Assembly (NCBI GenBank): GCA_046484865.1
Contig: JAWOID010000016.1
Location: 1-39,859 of the forward strand
Source of the DNA: Candidatus Krumholzibacteriia bacterium
GTDB taxonomy: Bacteria > Krumholzibacteriota > Krumholzibacteriia > LZORAL124-64-63
DNA length: 39,859 nucleotides
Direction: 5' to 3'
Shown here: piece by piece, positions 1-10,500 of the stretch
Position numbering within the stretch: the first letter of the stretch is position 1
Layout: every line of letters starts with the position of its first letter
The notes under the pieces: generated by a model
Seen by the model: the letters and a program-made list of their open reading frames with translations, nothing else
Database searches by the model: none
What the model was told of the DNA's origin: nothing
Translations under genes and position numbers: made by a program

Positions 1-86
1 GCTAGTTCGAAGTCGGACTCGAGCTCGTGAATGAACTGCCGCTCGATCGTCTTCTCGGACAAACGGTCAGTCTCGGTGCGTGCCAT
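1..86 (-). CDS. N-terminus of a gene running off the window edge (MARTETDRLSEKTIERQFIHELESDFEL); resembles DUF1670-family starts
   Basis: ATG at 86 preceded by a strong RBS (AAGGAGGA, 4 nt spacer) and open to position 1. Not in the ORF track. Family assignment is recalled similarity on only 28 aa. Confidence 0.5.
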   Translation of the reverse strand, partial: MARTETDRLSEKTIERQFIHELESDFEL

Positions 87-89
87 CGG

Positions 90-175
90 GTCCTCCTTGA
101 CTCCCCCTCCAGGAGGGGCAGAAGCCTCACCGAAGTGTGGATTCTACCCCCCCCCAGGAGGGGAAGTGAGAGGAC
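90..175 (-). promoter_or_regulatory. Long imperfect stem-loop with cUUCGg tetraloop covering the RBS of the edge gene
   Basis: Minus strand GTCCTCTCACTTCCCCTCC...CAC-TTCG-GTG...GGAGGGGGAGTCAAGGAGGAC; the arms pair almost end to end. Confidence 0.7.
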
Positions 176-183
176 ATATGGCC

Positions 184-3100
184 TTATTTCAGCAACGTCA
201 TCTTGCGCGTCTCGCTGAAGGTCGGCGTCTCGATGCGGTAGAAGTAGAGTCCGCTCGCGCGGTCGCGGGCGTCCCAGGTCACGCGGTGCTCGCCGGCTGC
301 GAGCGAACCGTTCGCCAGAACGGCCACCACGCGTCCGTGCACGTCGTAGATCTTCACGTTCACCGGAGTGGCCTCCGGCAGACGGAAGACGATCTCGGTC
401 ATCGGGTTGAAGGGGTTCGGCTGGTTCTGGTCGAGCGCGAACTCGAGGGGCAGCCGCTGCTCGTTGGCGCCGTACACTGTGCCGCTCTCGCAGGCCCGGG
501 TAACGACGTTGGCCGCCGCATCGTAGGTGAGCGTGGCGTGAGTGACGCCGGTCACCTCGAAGCACCATTCGCCGGCAGGGTTGCGCACCTTGCCGGTCTC
601 GAAGCTCGCGACGCCGCCACTGCCGGTCAGGGCGCTGATGCTGCCGCTGCTGTTGCCGTCGTACGCCACCGTGACCGTGGCATTGGCGACCGCTGCGCCG
701 CCGGCGTCCACGATGGTCACGCTGCACAGGCCCGAGATGTTCGGTCCGGCCGTCTTCCGGGACACGGCCATGGCGCTCACGTGCATACCTTCGCCGGTCG
801 AAGGCTCGGTCACGGTGATGTAGCCGGACTTGGTGATCGTGTCGCTGCCCAGATCGTTCGTCGCCGTGAGCGACACCGTGTAGGTGCCCGCCGCGCTGTA
901 CGTGTAGCTGGGATTCTGGGCGGTGGAGGTACCGCCGTCGCCGAAGGTCCAGCTCCAGCTGGTGGGCGAACCGGTGGACTGGTCGGTGAACTGCACGACC
1001 AGCGGGTACGCGCCGCTGGTGGGTGCGCCCGCGAACGCAGCCGTGGGCGCGGTGGGCTGCACGTCGCCCAGTTCGAAGGCCATGTAGTCCACGGTCAGGG
1101 CGTCGAGAGCGACATTGCCCCAGTTGCGGTCCGTGTCGTAGGCCCGCACCGTGACCGCACCGCTCAGGGTGCCGAGCGCAACGCTGAACGTCTGCTCGGT
1201 GGCGCTGGCGACGGTGACCAGGGAAACCCAGTTCGTCCCGTCGGTGCTGTACTCGAAGGCGAAGTCGTCGCCGTCGGCGTTGTTGCTACGCGCGGCCTGC
1301 AGGTGGAAGGTGGCGTTGCCGCCGGCGGGCAGATTGAAGCTCCACCGGTGTTCGAGGTAGCTGTACGTCTTGACCGGATGGCCGGTGTACTGCACCTCGG
1401 TGATCGTCTCTACCACGCCGTCGTCAACCTGGGTGTCGAGGTAGCTGCCCGACACGGTGCCGTCGACCGAAGTCTCGCCGCCGGCGGTCACGAAGGTGGT
1501 GACGCCCGGCTCGGTGACGGTGATGTAGTCGGTACGGGTGAGCGCGTCGGAGCCCGCGTCGTTGCTCACCGTCAGCGACACCGAGTAGGTGCCCGCCGCG
1601 ACGTACGTGTGGCCGGGGTTCTGGGCGGTGGAGGTGCCACCGTCGCCGAAGGTCCAGCTCCAGCTCGTGGGCGAGCCGGAGGAGGCGTCGGTGAACTGCA
1701 CCGCCAGCGGGTACGAGCCGCTGACGGGTGTCCCGGTGAAGGATGCCGTCGGCGCTACCGGGCCCGACCCGCCGCCGACGGCCGCGTCGGCGTTGACCAT
1801 CCCGTAGCCGCTGTAACGGTCCCAGCCCGCGACCGACTCCACGTTCACGATGTCGGTGGCCGTGCCGGTAATGGCCGCGCGCACCTGCGCGGGCGTGAAG
1901 GTCGGGTTGGCGGAGATCACCAGCGCGGCGACTCCGGCCGCGTACGGCGTGGCGCAGGACGTGCCATTGAACCACATGCTGTAGTCGCCGGAAGCGTAGC
2001 CGCCCGAGCCGCCGATGTCGGTGGTGGGCATGATGGTGGGCGCGATCACGTCCACCGCGCCGGCCGCGTCCTTGGTGGTGGAGCCGTAGTTCGAACCCCA
2101 CCAGCGCTCGCCGTCACAGGTGTAGCCGTTCGGGTCGGTATTGACGCCCGAGTTCACCTCGAGCCGGCTGCTGGAGCTGCGCTTGCGGTCGCCGCACGGC
2201 GAGGCTGCGCCGATGCCCATCACGTACTGGTTGATCGCGGGATAGCTGATCGTGCTGGCGTTCGCGTTGCCGGTGGCGGCCACGATCGTCACGCCGGCGT
2301 TGTAGGCGTACTGCAGGGCCGCATCGGTAGCCGCATCGCTGGAGATGCCCGCGCCCAGGCTCATGCTGATGACGTCCGCGCCCTGGTCTGCTGCCCAGTA
2401 GAGCGCATCCTGGATGTAGCTGAAGTACATCGAGCCGCCGCTGTCGGCCACCTTGCAGGGCATGATGGTGCAGCCGCCGGCGATGCCGGCCACACCGAGA
2501 CCGTTACCCGCGATGGCCGCCGCCACGCCGGCGCACGCCGTACCGTGGCCGGGGCTCGCGCTGTTGTCGTCGGGATTGCTGTCGTTGTCACCGAAGTCGT
2601 ACCCGGCGGTGAGCCTCAGGTCGGGATGGTCGATGTCCACGCCGCTGTCGAGGATCGCGATCACCACGCTGGAGCTGCCGTAGCCCTGGCTCTTCGCCCA
2701 GGCTTCCTCGGCATGGGAGTCGAACCCCGGCGTACCGACCGGCTCGCCGTTCTCGTGGCTGTGAGTGCTCCAGTCGTAACTGAGCATCTGGCCGGTGTTG
2801 TCGTGGCCCCACTGGTCGAGGTAGATGGGGTCGTTGGGCGCCACCGCGGGGAAGGCGCGCCAGTCGGGGGTGGCCGCCTCGACTGCCGGCTCCGCGGCCA
2901 GGCGATTGGCCAGCGCGAGCATGTCGCCCGCGTCGGCGCGCACGAGATACCAGCGGTCCTTGCCGACGGCCTCGGCAGCGGCCTTGTTCGCCGAAGGCAG
3001 GTACGGCCGTTCGATCGTGCGGGCGCCCGCGGCCGCGAGGACCGCGTCCACGTCCGGCAGACCGAATTGCGGCCCTCGGGCCTGCGCGCCCTTGTCCAGG

Positions 3101-3303
3101 CCGAGGTCCAGGACGGCCTGGGCGGCCGCGTCGGGGGTCAGCTGCACGAGAACGCGGTCGGGGGCATAGAGCGAAACCTCGGGTGCCGAGGTGGTGAAAC
3201 CTTGCTGGACGGGGACGAATGGCCGGGTGTCGGCCGCGAGACCTGGCGAGGCGAGCGCCAGGATCAGCAGGACGAGACTCGTGACGACAGCAAATCTGTT
3301 CAT
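184..3303 (-). CDS. Secreted S8 (subtilisin-like) serine peptidase with two PKD domains and a C-terminal FlgD/T9SS-like Ig domain
   Basis: Signal peptide MNRFAVV...GLAAD after RBS ACAGGAG; catalytic motifs ILDSG, HGTACAG, GTSCATP; two WSWTFGDG PKD repeats; C-terminus LDQNQPNPFNPMTEI...SGLYFYRI...RKMTLLK. Confidence 0.93.
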   Translation of the reverse strand: MNRFAVVTSLVLLILALASPGLAADTRPFVPVQQGFTTSAPEVSLYAPDRVLVQLTPDAAAQAVLDLGLDKGAQARGPQFGLPDVDAVLAAAGARTIERPYLPSANKAAAEAVGKDRWYLVRADAGDMLALANRLAAEPAVEAATPDWRAFPAVAPNDPIYLDQWGHDNTGQMLSYDWSTHSHENGEPVGTPGFDSHAEEAWAKSQGYGSSSVVIAILDSGVDIDHPDLRLTAGYDFGDNDSNPDDNSASPGHGTACAGVAAAIAGNGLGVAGIAGGCTIMPCKVADSGGSMYFSYIQDALYWAADQGADVISMSLGAGISSDAATDAALQYAYNAGVTIVAATGNANASTISYPAINQYVMGIGAASPCGDRKRSSSSRLEVNSGVNTDPNGYTCDGERWWGSNYGSTTKDAAGAVDVIAPTIMPTTDIGGSGGYASGDYSMWFNGTSCATPYAAGVAALVISANPTFTPAQVRAAITGTATDIVNVESVAGWDRYSGYGMVNADAAVGGGSGPVAPTASFTGTPVSGSYPLAVQFTDASSGSPTSWSWTFGDGGTSTAQNPGHTYVAAGTYSVSLTVSNDAGSDALTRTDYITVTEPGVTTFVTAGGETSVDGTVSGSYLDTQVDDGVVETITEVQYTGHPVKTYSYLEHRWSFNLPAGGNATFHLQAARSNNADGDDFAFEYSTDGTNWVSLVTVASATEQTFSVALGTLSGAVTVRAYDTDRNWGNVALDALTVDYMAFELGDVQPTAPTAAFAGAPTSGAYPLVVQFTDQSTGSPTSWSWTFGDGGTSTAQNPSYTYSAAGTYTVSLTATNDLGSDTITKSGYITVTEPSTGEGMHVSAMAVSRKTAGPNISGLCSVTIVDAGGAAVANATVTVAYDGNSSGSISALTGSGGVASFETGKVRNPAGEWCFEVTGVTHATLTYDAAANVVTRACESGTVYGANEQRLPLEFALDQNQPNPFNPMTEIVFRLPEATPVNVKIYDVHGRVVAVLANGSLAAGEHRVTWDARDRASGLYFYRIETPTFSETRKMTLLK

Positions 3304-3561
3304 GATGACTCCTGTGGGTCGGCGTTCGGGTGGTGGGGTGACGCGCGATGGACACCGGAGCGGTGGTCGGGCGAGTGGGACTCCTCTCGGTGGGACAGGC
3401 ATGAAGGCGACAGCGAGCGGTTCAGACGATTCATCATAATTCCACCCAGCAGTGTACCAGCCGAGGGGTTTCACGTCAATCCGGGGCTCCGGAGGTCTCG
3501 CGACACAGTAGGGGCGGCTGCCAAGGCACGGCCTATCAGTGCCAACCGACAATGATCGGAG

Positions 3562-4125
3562 TCAAGGCACGCTTCTCAACCGCGTCGTCGCCGCCTCCCG
3601 CGGCGGCGCCGGCGGCACCTGGTCGGGGTAGCCCAGCGCCAGCAGCGCGACCACGGTGGCGCCATCGGGCACCTGGAGGATCGGGCGGGACGGCGGTGCG
3701 CTGCCGACCGACAGCCACACCGAGCCGATATCGCGCGCCCAGGCGGCGAGGCACAGGTTCTGGACGGCCGCACCCGTGCTGGTGAGGTGCTCGAGCTTCT
3801 CCAGTTCCTCGGTGGGGGGCCGGCTCACCACCGCGATCAGGGCGGGCGCGCCACCGAAGTCCTCACGAAGCGCGAGCATGGCCTGCCGCCGCGGCTCCGG
3901 CAGGTCGGGTGCCTGCAGCAACTCGTCGATCTTCGCCTGCATCAGCGCCAGCAACCGCGCCCGCCCCTGCGGGCCGACGGCGATGAACTCCCAGGGCTGA
4001 GTGTTGCCGTGGGACGGCGCCCACATGGCCGCCTCGAGGATCTCGCCGAGAACGGCCTGCGGGATCGGGTCGGACTTGAACCGGCGCACGGTTCGGCGCG
4101 ACCGGATGAGCTCGAGAACGTCCAT
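3562..4125 (-). CDS. Nitroreductase family protein
   Basis: IRSRRTVRRF, WAPSHGNTQPWEF, QNLCLAAWARDIGSVW, LALGYP motifs; RBS AGGAGG before MDVLEL. Confidence 0.92.
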   Translation of the reverse strand: MDVLELIRSRRTVRRFKSDPIPQAVLGEILEAAMWAPSHGNTQPWEFIAVGPQGRARLLALMQAKIDELLQAPDLPEPRRQAMLALREDFGGAPALIAVVSRPPTEELEKLEHLTSTGAAVQNLCLAAWARDIGSVWLSVGSAPPSRPILQVPDGATVVALLALGYPDQVPPAPPREAATTRLRSVP

Positions 4126-5113
4126 GGATCGCCTCCTGTCGTGTGACCGCTGACGCGACCGGGCGGCTGTCCGCAGGATCCGCTGTGGCCCCGCGCCGGC
4201 CGGCCTCCTCCGTCCACTTCTCTTCAAATCTCTCGCATCCCCGCTTCCCGCCACGCCGCGGCCGGATGGGGGCGTTTCTGAAACGCTTCGCGTGCCATTG
4301 CCGAGCATCCACTCCTGCCGGATCTTGTCCGGAGAGCGGCTGAGCCCGAGCCGCGCCGGCGCGCCGAGCACCGGCAACGAGGCGGCCCCGGGGACCTGCG
4401 CATCCCGGGGCCGTCTTTATCTCGCGAGCCTGAACGTGGAACCCGGACCATCAGCGGTGGCGTGGTGACCCGGCGCACCGGCGGCGCACCTGGGCGCATC
4501 GTGCCGCAACCTCGTCGTGACACCGGCATCTTACTCCCCCGCAGTGGGTTAGCCGAAAGCCCGCTTCCCTGGTGTCACAAATACGTGACCCGGCCAGGCT
4601 GGAGGGCGACCCGCCACGCGAATGCTTGAGACGCTCAATCGGTTGCAGATCATCATCTTACGTTCACGGTTGGCTTCTCCAGGAATCGTCTTTCTGGCTG
4701 GCCTCGCTCTTGCGATGGGCCTGGTATATACCGCGCCGATTCCAGACGCGGCAGCAGGTGGGGGATCAGCACCGGGAACGACAGCTGACCCCGGTCTTCG
4801 AGTTCGAGCGGACCATCGTGGTCCAGGCCCATCCCGCCCAGGGGGATGGACGACCCGAGTTCGAGGCCGGGAAGTCGCCGGGAATCGCGGTGGCAAGGAA
4901 CCTGACCGGCGGTCGTCATACCAGAACATACCAGGGGCGGCGGACCACATCCCAGGCGAGTGGGGGTCCGTCGCCCCGACCGTCTATCGTGACTCGAACG
5001 AGGCTCCGCGGATCTCCTTCGGTGCGAGCCGTCTCCGGCGGCTGATCCATCCCTCCAGCACCTGGACGGCGCCCTCCGGAGCGAGCGCGACCGCGCGGGC
5101 TTACAATGTGCTC

Positions 5114-5602
5114 ATGGGCGAGACACTCGAGTTGCTCTTCGGCAGCGAAGAGTCCATCAGCTGGTACCAGATGTGCCTGCGGGCGGTCGCCAGCTTCTGC
5201 TTCGCGCTGATCCTGGTGCGCGCCGGCGGAACCCGCGCGTTCGGCAAGAACACCAGCTTCGACATCGTGCTCGGGGTGATCCTCGGCTCGGTGATCAGCC
5301 GCGCCGTCACCGGCAACTCCCCGATGATCCCCACCTTCGCGGCAGCGATCATGCTCGTGTTGCTGCACCTCGCGTTCACGAGCCTGGCGTTCCGGTGGTC
5401 CCGGTTCGGCGCGGCCATCAAGGGCTCGGAGACCCGTCTGGTCGCCGGCGGCGAGTACATTCCCGACGCGATGCGCAGGACGGGCATGACGCCGCGAGAC
5501 ATCGCCGAGGGGCTGCGCGAGAGCGGCCATGGCGATCTCGCCGAGGTCGAAGCGGTGTACCTCGAGCGCAGCGGCAACCTGAGCGTGATCCCCAAAGACT
5601 AG
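5114..5602 (+). CDS. DUF421 (YetF-like) membrane protein
   Basis: Three hydrophobic segments, FDIVLGVILGS, and C-terminal AVYLERSGNLSVIP. Start placed at MGETLE rather than the GC-driven upstream extension. Confidence 0.85.
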   Translation: MGETLELLFGSEESISWYQMCLRAVASFCFALILVRAGGTRAFGKNTSFDIVLGVILGSVISRAVTGNSPMIPTFAAAIMLVLLHLAFTSLAFRWSRFGAAIKGSETRLVAGGEYIPDAMRRTGMTPRDIAEGLRESGHGDLAEVEAVYLERSGNLSVIPKD

Positions 5603-5688
5603 CCGACCCGCATCACTCTCGACTCTCGCCGCCTGGCGTGCCGTGATGCTCCGGCGATCGCGGTCGCCCTCGAGCGCGAGAGCTTCCG

Positions 5689-6459
5689 TCACTGCGCCGT
5701 GTAGCCGCCGTCGATCACCAGCTCGCTGCCGGTGACGAACTTCGCCTCGTCCGAGGCGAGATAGACGATCCCGTGGGCGATGTCGGCCGGCTCGCCGACG
5801 TGGCCGATCGGATGTTTCGCGTCGAGTTCCCGGCGGAACGCCTCCACGCCGCCGGGATGAGCCTTGCCGAGTTCCTCCACCAGCGGCGTCCAGATGTAGC
5901 CCGGATGCACGCTATTGACGCGGATGCGGTCTCCGGCGTAGAGCAGCGCGTCGGTCTTTGCCATCAGCCTCACCGCGCCCTTGGAGGCATGATAGGCGGG
6001 CAGGTCGGGCGCGCCGACGATCCCGTAGATGGACGAAAGATTGATGATGCTGCCACCGCCGCTGCGCTGCAGGTGGGGCACGGCGGCCTTGGTGCACAGG
6101 AAGACGCCGCGCACGTTCACCGCCATCAACTTCTCCCAGTCCTCCTCCTCGATCTCGTGGGTGGGCTGGTTCGGACCGGTGATGCCGGCGTTGTTCACCA
6201 GGATGTCGAGCCGGCCCCACTTCTCGACCACCTCCGCGAACACCTGCTGCACCTGCTTGCCGTCGCTGACGTCGAGATTCCAGGCCGAAGCGGTTCCGCC
6301 CTGCTCCTCGATCTCCCGGACGACCGCTTCGGCCTCATCGATCTTGATGTCGGTCACCGCCACGGCCGCGCCCTCCCGCGCCATGGCCAGGCAGCTCTCA
6401 CGCCCGATGCCCAGGGCACCACCGGTGACCAGGGCCACCTTGCTCGTCAATCTCGCCAT
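5689..6459 (-). CDS. Short-chain dehydrogenase/reductase (SDR)
   Basis: TGGALGIG, NNAG, YHASK catalytic motif, IRVNSVHPG, VTGSELVIDGG; RBS AAGGAG. Confidence 0.95.
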   Translation of the reverse strand: MARLTSKVALVTGGALGIGRESCLAMAREGAAVAVTDIKIDEAEAVVREIEEQGGTASAWNLDVSDGKQVQQVFAEVVEKWGRLDILVNNAGITGPNQPTHEIEEEDWEKLMAVNVRGVFLCTKAAVPHLQRSGGGSIINLSSIYGIVGAPDLPAYHASKGAVRLMAKTDALLYAGDRIRVNSVHPGYIWTPLVEELGKAHPGGVEAFRRELDAKHPIGHVGEPADIAHGIVYLASDEAKFVTGSELVIDGGYTAQ

Positions 6460-6927
6460 GTCGTCTCCTTTTCACGTCGTTTTCACGCTGTTCACACTTT
6501 ACATGTCGTTCATGATCGCGCCGCCCGCCGGGGCCGGGCAGGCGCGGTCCCGACCCTCGCCCATTCGCTCGCGCGTCCGCTCGTACCTCTCTCCACCGCC
6601 TCGTTTCTCACTCGATACGTAGGCACAGTCCCGTGCCGCCGCAAACCGGACGGGTCGGGAATCGAAGACGCCAGCCGGTAGGATCACCTCAATTTCATTT
6701 GACCGTAACGTGTTTTCCCGGCGGGGATTGAGCCAACCTCGACCGGCCCTGGCGAGCACCGGCCCCGAGGAGATCCGGTCTCGACGGGAACATCGGCGCG
6801 CTCCTGGTGTCCGACCAAGGGCACCGAGCGGCGGTCCAGCGAGGGACTCGACCCGGCGCCCACCACGGGCGCCGAACTGCTCGGCGGACGAAAACGGCCA
6901 TGGGCCGAAACAGGGAGAACATCCACG

Positions 6928-7509
6928 ATGCGAATCGCGAAATCCCGCCGGGCTGCCATCTGTGCACTCATTGTGCTGGCAGCGATGGCTCTCGGTACGG
7001 GAGAAGCCGGCGCGCAAATGCAGCAGCAGACGCCGCCGGGAGCTCAGATGGAGCAGCAGGCCCAGAAGCAGATGCGGCTCCAGCAGATCCAGCAGCAGCT
7101 CGCAGCGGCCCAGCAGGAAGCTCTCGCCGCGAACCCGGAGTTGCTGGCTCAGAGCGAGGCGCTGGAAGAGCTCGTCGTCAAGAAGATGGTCGAGAACGGC
7201 TACGATCCGGAAGGTAGCGTCGAGACCCTCGAATCCGTGCAGGAAGACCTCCAGAAGGAGGACCTTTCCGACGCGGAACGCCAGAAGATCCTCGTGGACG
7301 CCCAGGCCGCCCAGCAGCATCTGCAGGAAGCCCAGAGCGTCGTCTTGCAGGACAGCCAGTTCGTGGCGCTCCAGGAATCGTTCCGGGAGGACCTGATGGA
7401 CGCCATGCGCGAGCAGGAGCCGACCACCGATGAACTGATCGCGGAGTTCGAGCGGATCCAGCTGGAGATCATCGACAGCACGCCCGCTCAACAGGGCGGC
7501 GGTCGCTAG
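6928..7509 (+). CDS. Secreted Gln/Glu-rich helical hypothetical protein
   Basis: RBS AGGGAG, signal peptide ending AGA-Q, coiled-coil-like composition, host-like codon usage. Confidence 0.8.
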   Translation: MRIAKSRRAAICALIVLAAMALGTGEAGAQMQQQTPPGAQMEQQAQKQMRLQQIQQQLAAAQQEALAANPELLAQSEALEELVVKKMVENGYDPEGSVETLESVQEDLQKEDLSDAERQKILVDAQAAQQHLQEAQSVVLQDSQFVALQESFREDLMDAMREQEPTTDELIAEFERIQLEIIDSTPAQQGGGR

Positions 7510-7593
7510 GCGGCAGTCGCCAGGCGGCGGCGGTCGCCCGATGGTTCTGCACCCGGGGGCACCCGGGTGCAACTCATCGCCCCGCCGCCGATC

Positions 7594-10500
7594 TCAATCG
7601 TCCTCCACCAGGATATCGACCGAAGCGCTGTTGTTCTCCGGGTTCGGGTCGGGTTGGTCGCCGGTCGCGGTGGCCGTATTCGTGATCGTCTGACCTTCGG
7701 TGCCGTCCTCGACGACGGTGTGGAGCGTCAACTCGACCTCGGCGCCGTTCTCGAGCGAGCCCACATCCCAGACGCCGGTCGCGCGATCGTAAGTACCCCT
7801 CGTCGCGCTGTGGCGCGCGTAGCTGACGCCTTCCGGCAACCGGTCCGTCACGACGACGCCGGTGGCATCGTGGGGACCCGCATTCCTGACGGTCACCGTG
7901 TACTCGAGCTTGTCGTCCTCTTCCGGGCGAGGGTCGTCGACGCTCTTCCCCACGACGAGGTCCGCCCTCAGCAAAACCGGAACGATGGCCACGGCAGCCG
8001 AATCATTGCTGGAATCCGGGTCGAGCTGGTCGAGCGCCGCAACGGATGCGGCGTTGGTGATGGTGGTGCCGGCGGTGCCGGCATCGACCGTCGACCGCAG
8101 CAGGAGCGTGGCCGATGCGTCCGCGGCCAGCGATCCGACGGACCACGCTCCGGTGACTCCGGAGTAAGATCCCCGGCTCGGGCTGGCCGATTCATACGTG
8201 ACGCCGCCTGGCAGATCGTCCTCGACCGCCACGCCGGTGGCCGCCCCGGGGCCCTCGTTGGTCACGACGACCTCGTAGGTGATCAGCTGTCCCTCGGCCG
8301 GTGCCAGGACGTCGACGGTCTTCGCCAGCCGCAGATCGACGGTGTTGACGAGAACGCTGGCGGCGTCCGAGTCGTTGGACGGGTTGTCGTCCGCCTGATC
8401 GAGCGCCACCACCGACGCCGTGTTCTCGATCGTCTGACCGCTGGTTCCCGATCTCGCCGTCACGTCGATGGTGAGCGTGGCGCTGGCGCCGATCGCCAGC
8501 GATCCGATGGCCCACCGTCCGGCCGCCGGATCGAAGACCCCCCTCGTGACGCTGGACGACGTGTAGTTCACCTCGGACGGCAGATCGTCCGCCACGAAGA
8601 TCGTCGTTGCGGTCTGCGGTCCGTCGTTCCGGACCGTCACCGTGTAGGTGATCTGGCCGCCCTCGTCGACGCTGGCCGGAGAGGCGGTCTTGGTGAGGGC
8701 GAGGTCGGCGAGCTGCCGATCCGGGCTGATGGTGGCCGTATCGCTGTCGTTGGCCGGATTCGAATCCACCTGATCCACATCGGTGACGCTCGCCGTGTTG
8801 ACGATGGTCTGCCCGCTCGTCCCGACATCGACGGTCGCAGCGAGGACGAGGGTCGCCTCGGCCTCCGACGCCAGGGGCCCGACGCTCCATTGCCCGCTCT
8901 GGGCGGTGTACGATCCCTGCGAAGCCGAATGGCTCGCGTAGGAAACCCCCGCCGGTAGCTGGTCGCCAACCTGCACCGACGTGGCACCGCCCGGGCCGTC
9001 GTTCGTCACCCGGACGGTGTAGGATACGGTCGCTCCCTCGAGGGGCGCCGCATCGTCGACCGACTTGCTGATCTGGAGGTCGACGGTGTTGACGCGGATC
9101 GTCACCGAATCCGAGTCGTTGCCCGGAACGCCGTCGAGCTGGTCGAGCGCCGTCACCACCGCGGTGTTGACGATCTCGAGGCCGCTCGTACCGGCATTTG
9201 CGGCCACGGTGAGGGAGAGGGTCGCCGTGCCGGAGTTGGCCACCGTTCCCACCATCCACCGGCCCGCCTGCGCGTCGTAAGCGCCGCTCGGAGTCGCCGA
9301 AACCAGCTCCAGGCCTGCCGGCAACTCGTCGGTCACCACGACGCCGGTGGCATCCTGGGGCCCATTGTTGCGCACGGTCACCGTGTAGACGAACTGCCCG
9401 CCCTCGTCGACGGCATTTCGAGACGCCGTCTTCGTCACGGCGAGATCCGCCCGCTGGCGGGCCGGCTCGATGGTGACCGTATCGCTGTCGTTGGCCGGGT
9501 TCGAATCCACCTGGTCGACGTTCGCGACGCTCGCCGTGTTGAAGATCGTCTGGCCGGTGGTACCGGCATCGACCGTCACGTTCAGGATGAGAGTCGCCGT
9601 GGCATCAGCGGCAAGCGCGCCGAGGTTCCAGAGCGACGTCTGCGGGTTGTACGTGCCACGCGAGGCGGCATAGCTCGTGTACGAGACTCCATCCGGCAGC
9701 TGGTCGCGGACCCGTACCGAGGTCGCCGCCCCCGGGCCGTGGTTCGTGACCCGCACCGTGTAGAAGATGCTCGCGCCCTCGGCCGGCGCCTCGTTGCTGA
9801 CGGACTTGGCGATCTGCAGATCGACGGGATTGACGAGGATCGTGACCGAATCGGAGTCGTTGGCCGGAACTTCGTCGGCCTGATCGAGCGCGGTCACCGC
9901 GGCCGTGTTGACGATCTCGAGACCGCTGGTGCCGGTCTTCACGGCCGCGGTGAGGGTCAGCGTCGCCGTCTGCGATTCGCCGATGCCGCCCACCGTCCAC
10001 AGACCCGTCTGAGCATCGTAGGCGCCGCTCGGGTTCGCCGACTGCAGTTCGAGTGTCGCCGGCAACTCATCAGTCACGACGACGCCGGTCGCGTTTTGAG
10101 GCCCGTTGTTGCGCACGGACACCGTGTAGACGATCTGCCCACCTTCGTCGACGGTCTCGTGCGATGCCGACTTCGTGAGGGCGAGATCCGCCTGCTGCGG
10201 GGTCGGTCTGATGGTGGCCGTGTCGCTGTCGTTGCCCGGGTCGGAATCGGGCTGGTCCACGTTCGCGACGGTGGCCGTGTTGACGATGGTGCGCCCGCTC
10301 GCGCCGACGTCGACGGTCACCTCGAGGACGAGGGTCGCGTCCGCCCCCGATGCCAGCGAGCCGACGTTCCAGAGGGACGTCTCGGCGGAGTAGGTGCCCC
10401 GCGACGCCGTGTGGCTCCTGTAAGAGATCCCGGTCGGCAACTGGTCGCGGACCTGCACCGACGTCGCCCTGCCCTCGCCGCCGTTCGTGATCCGCACGGT

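Noticed and set aside
31..3555. 1174-aa plus-strand ORF, and similar long ORFs such as 9739-12834 (+), 32927-35410 (-), 37900-39630 (+)
   Set aside because: Antisense shadows of well-supported genes, expected in high-GC DNA; no recognisable motifs.
4622..5113. 164-codon N-terminal extension of the DUF421 ORF
   Set aside because: No RBS, non-host codon usage, and DUF421 homology begins at MGETLE.
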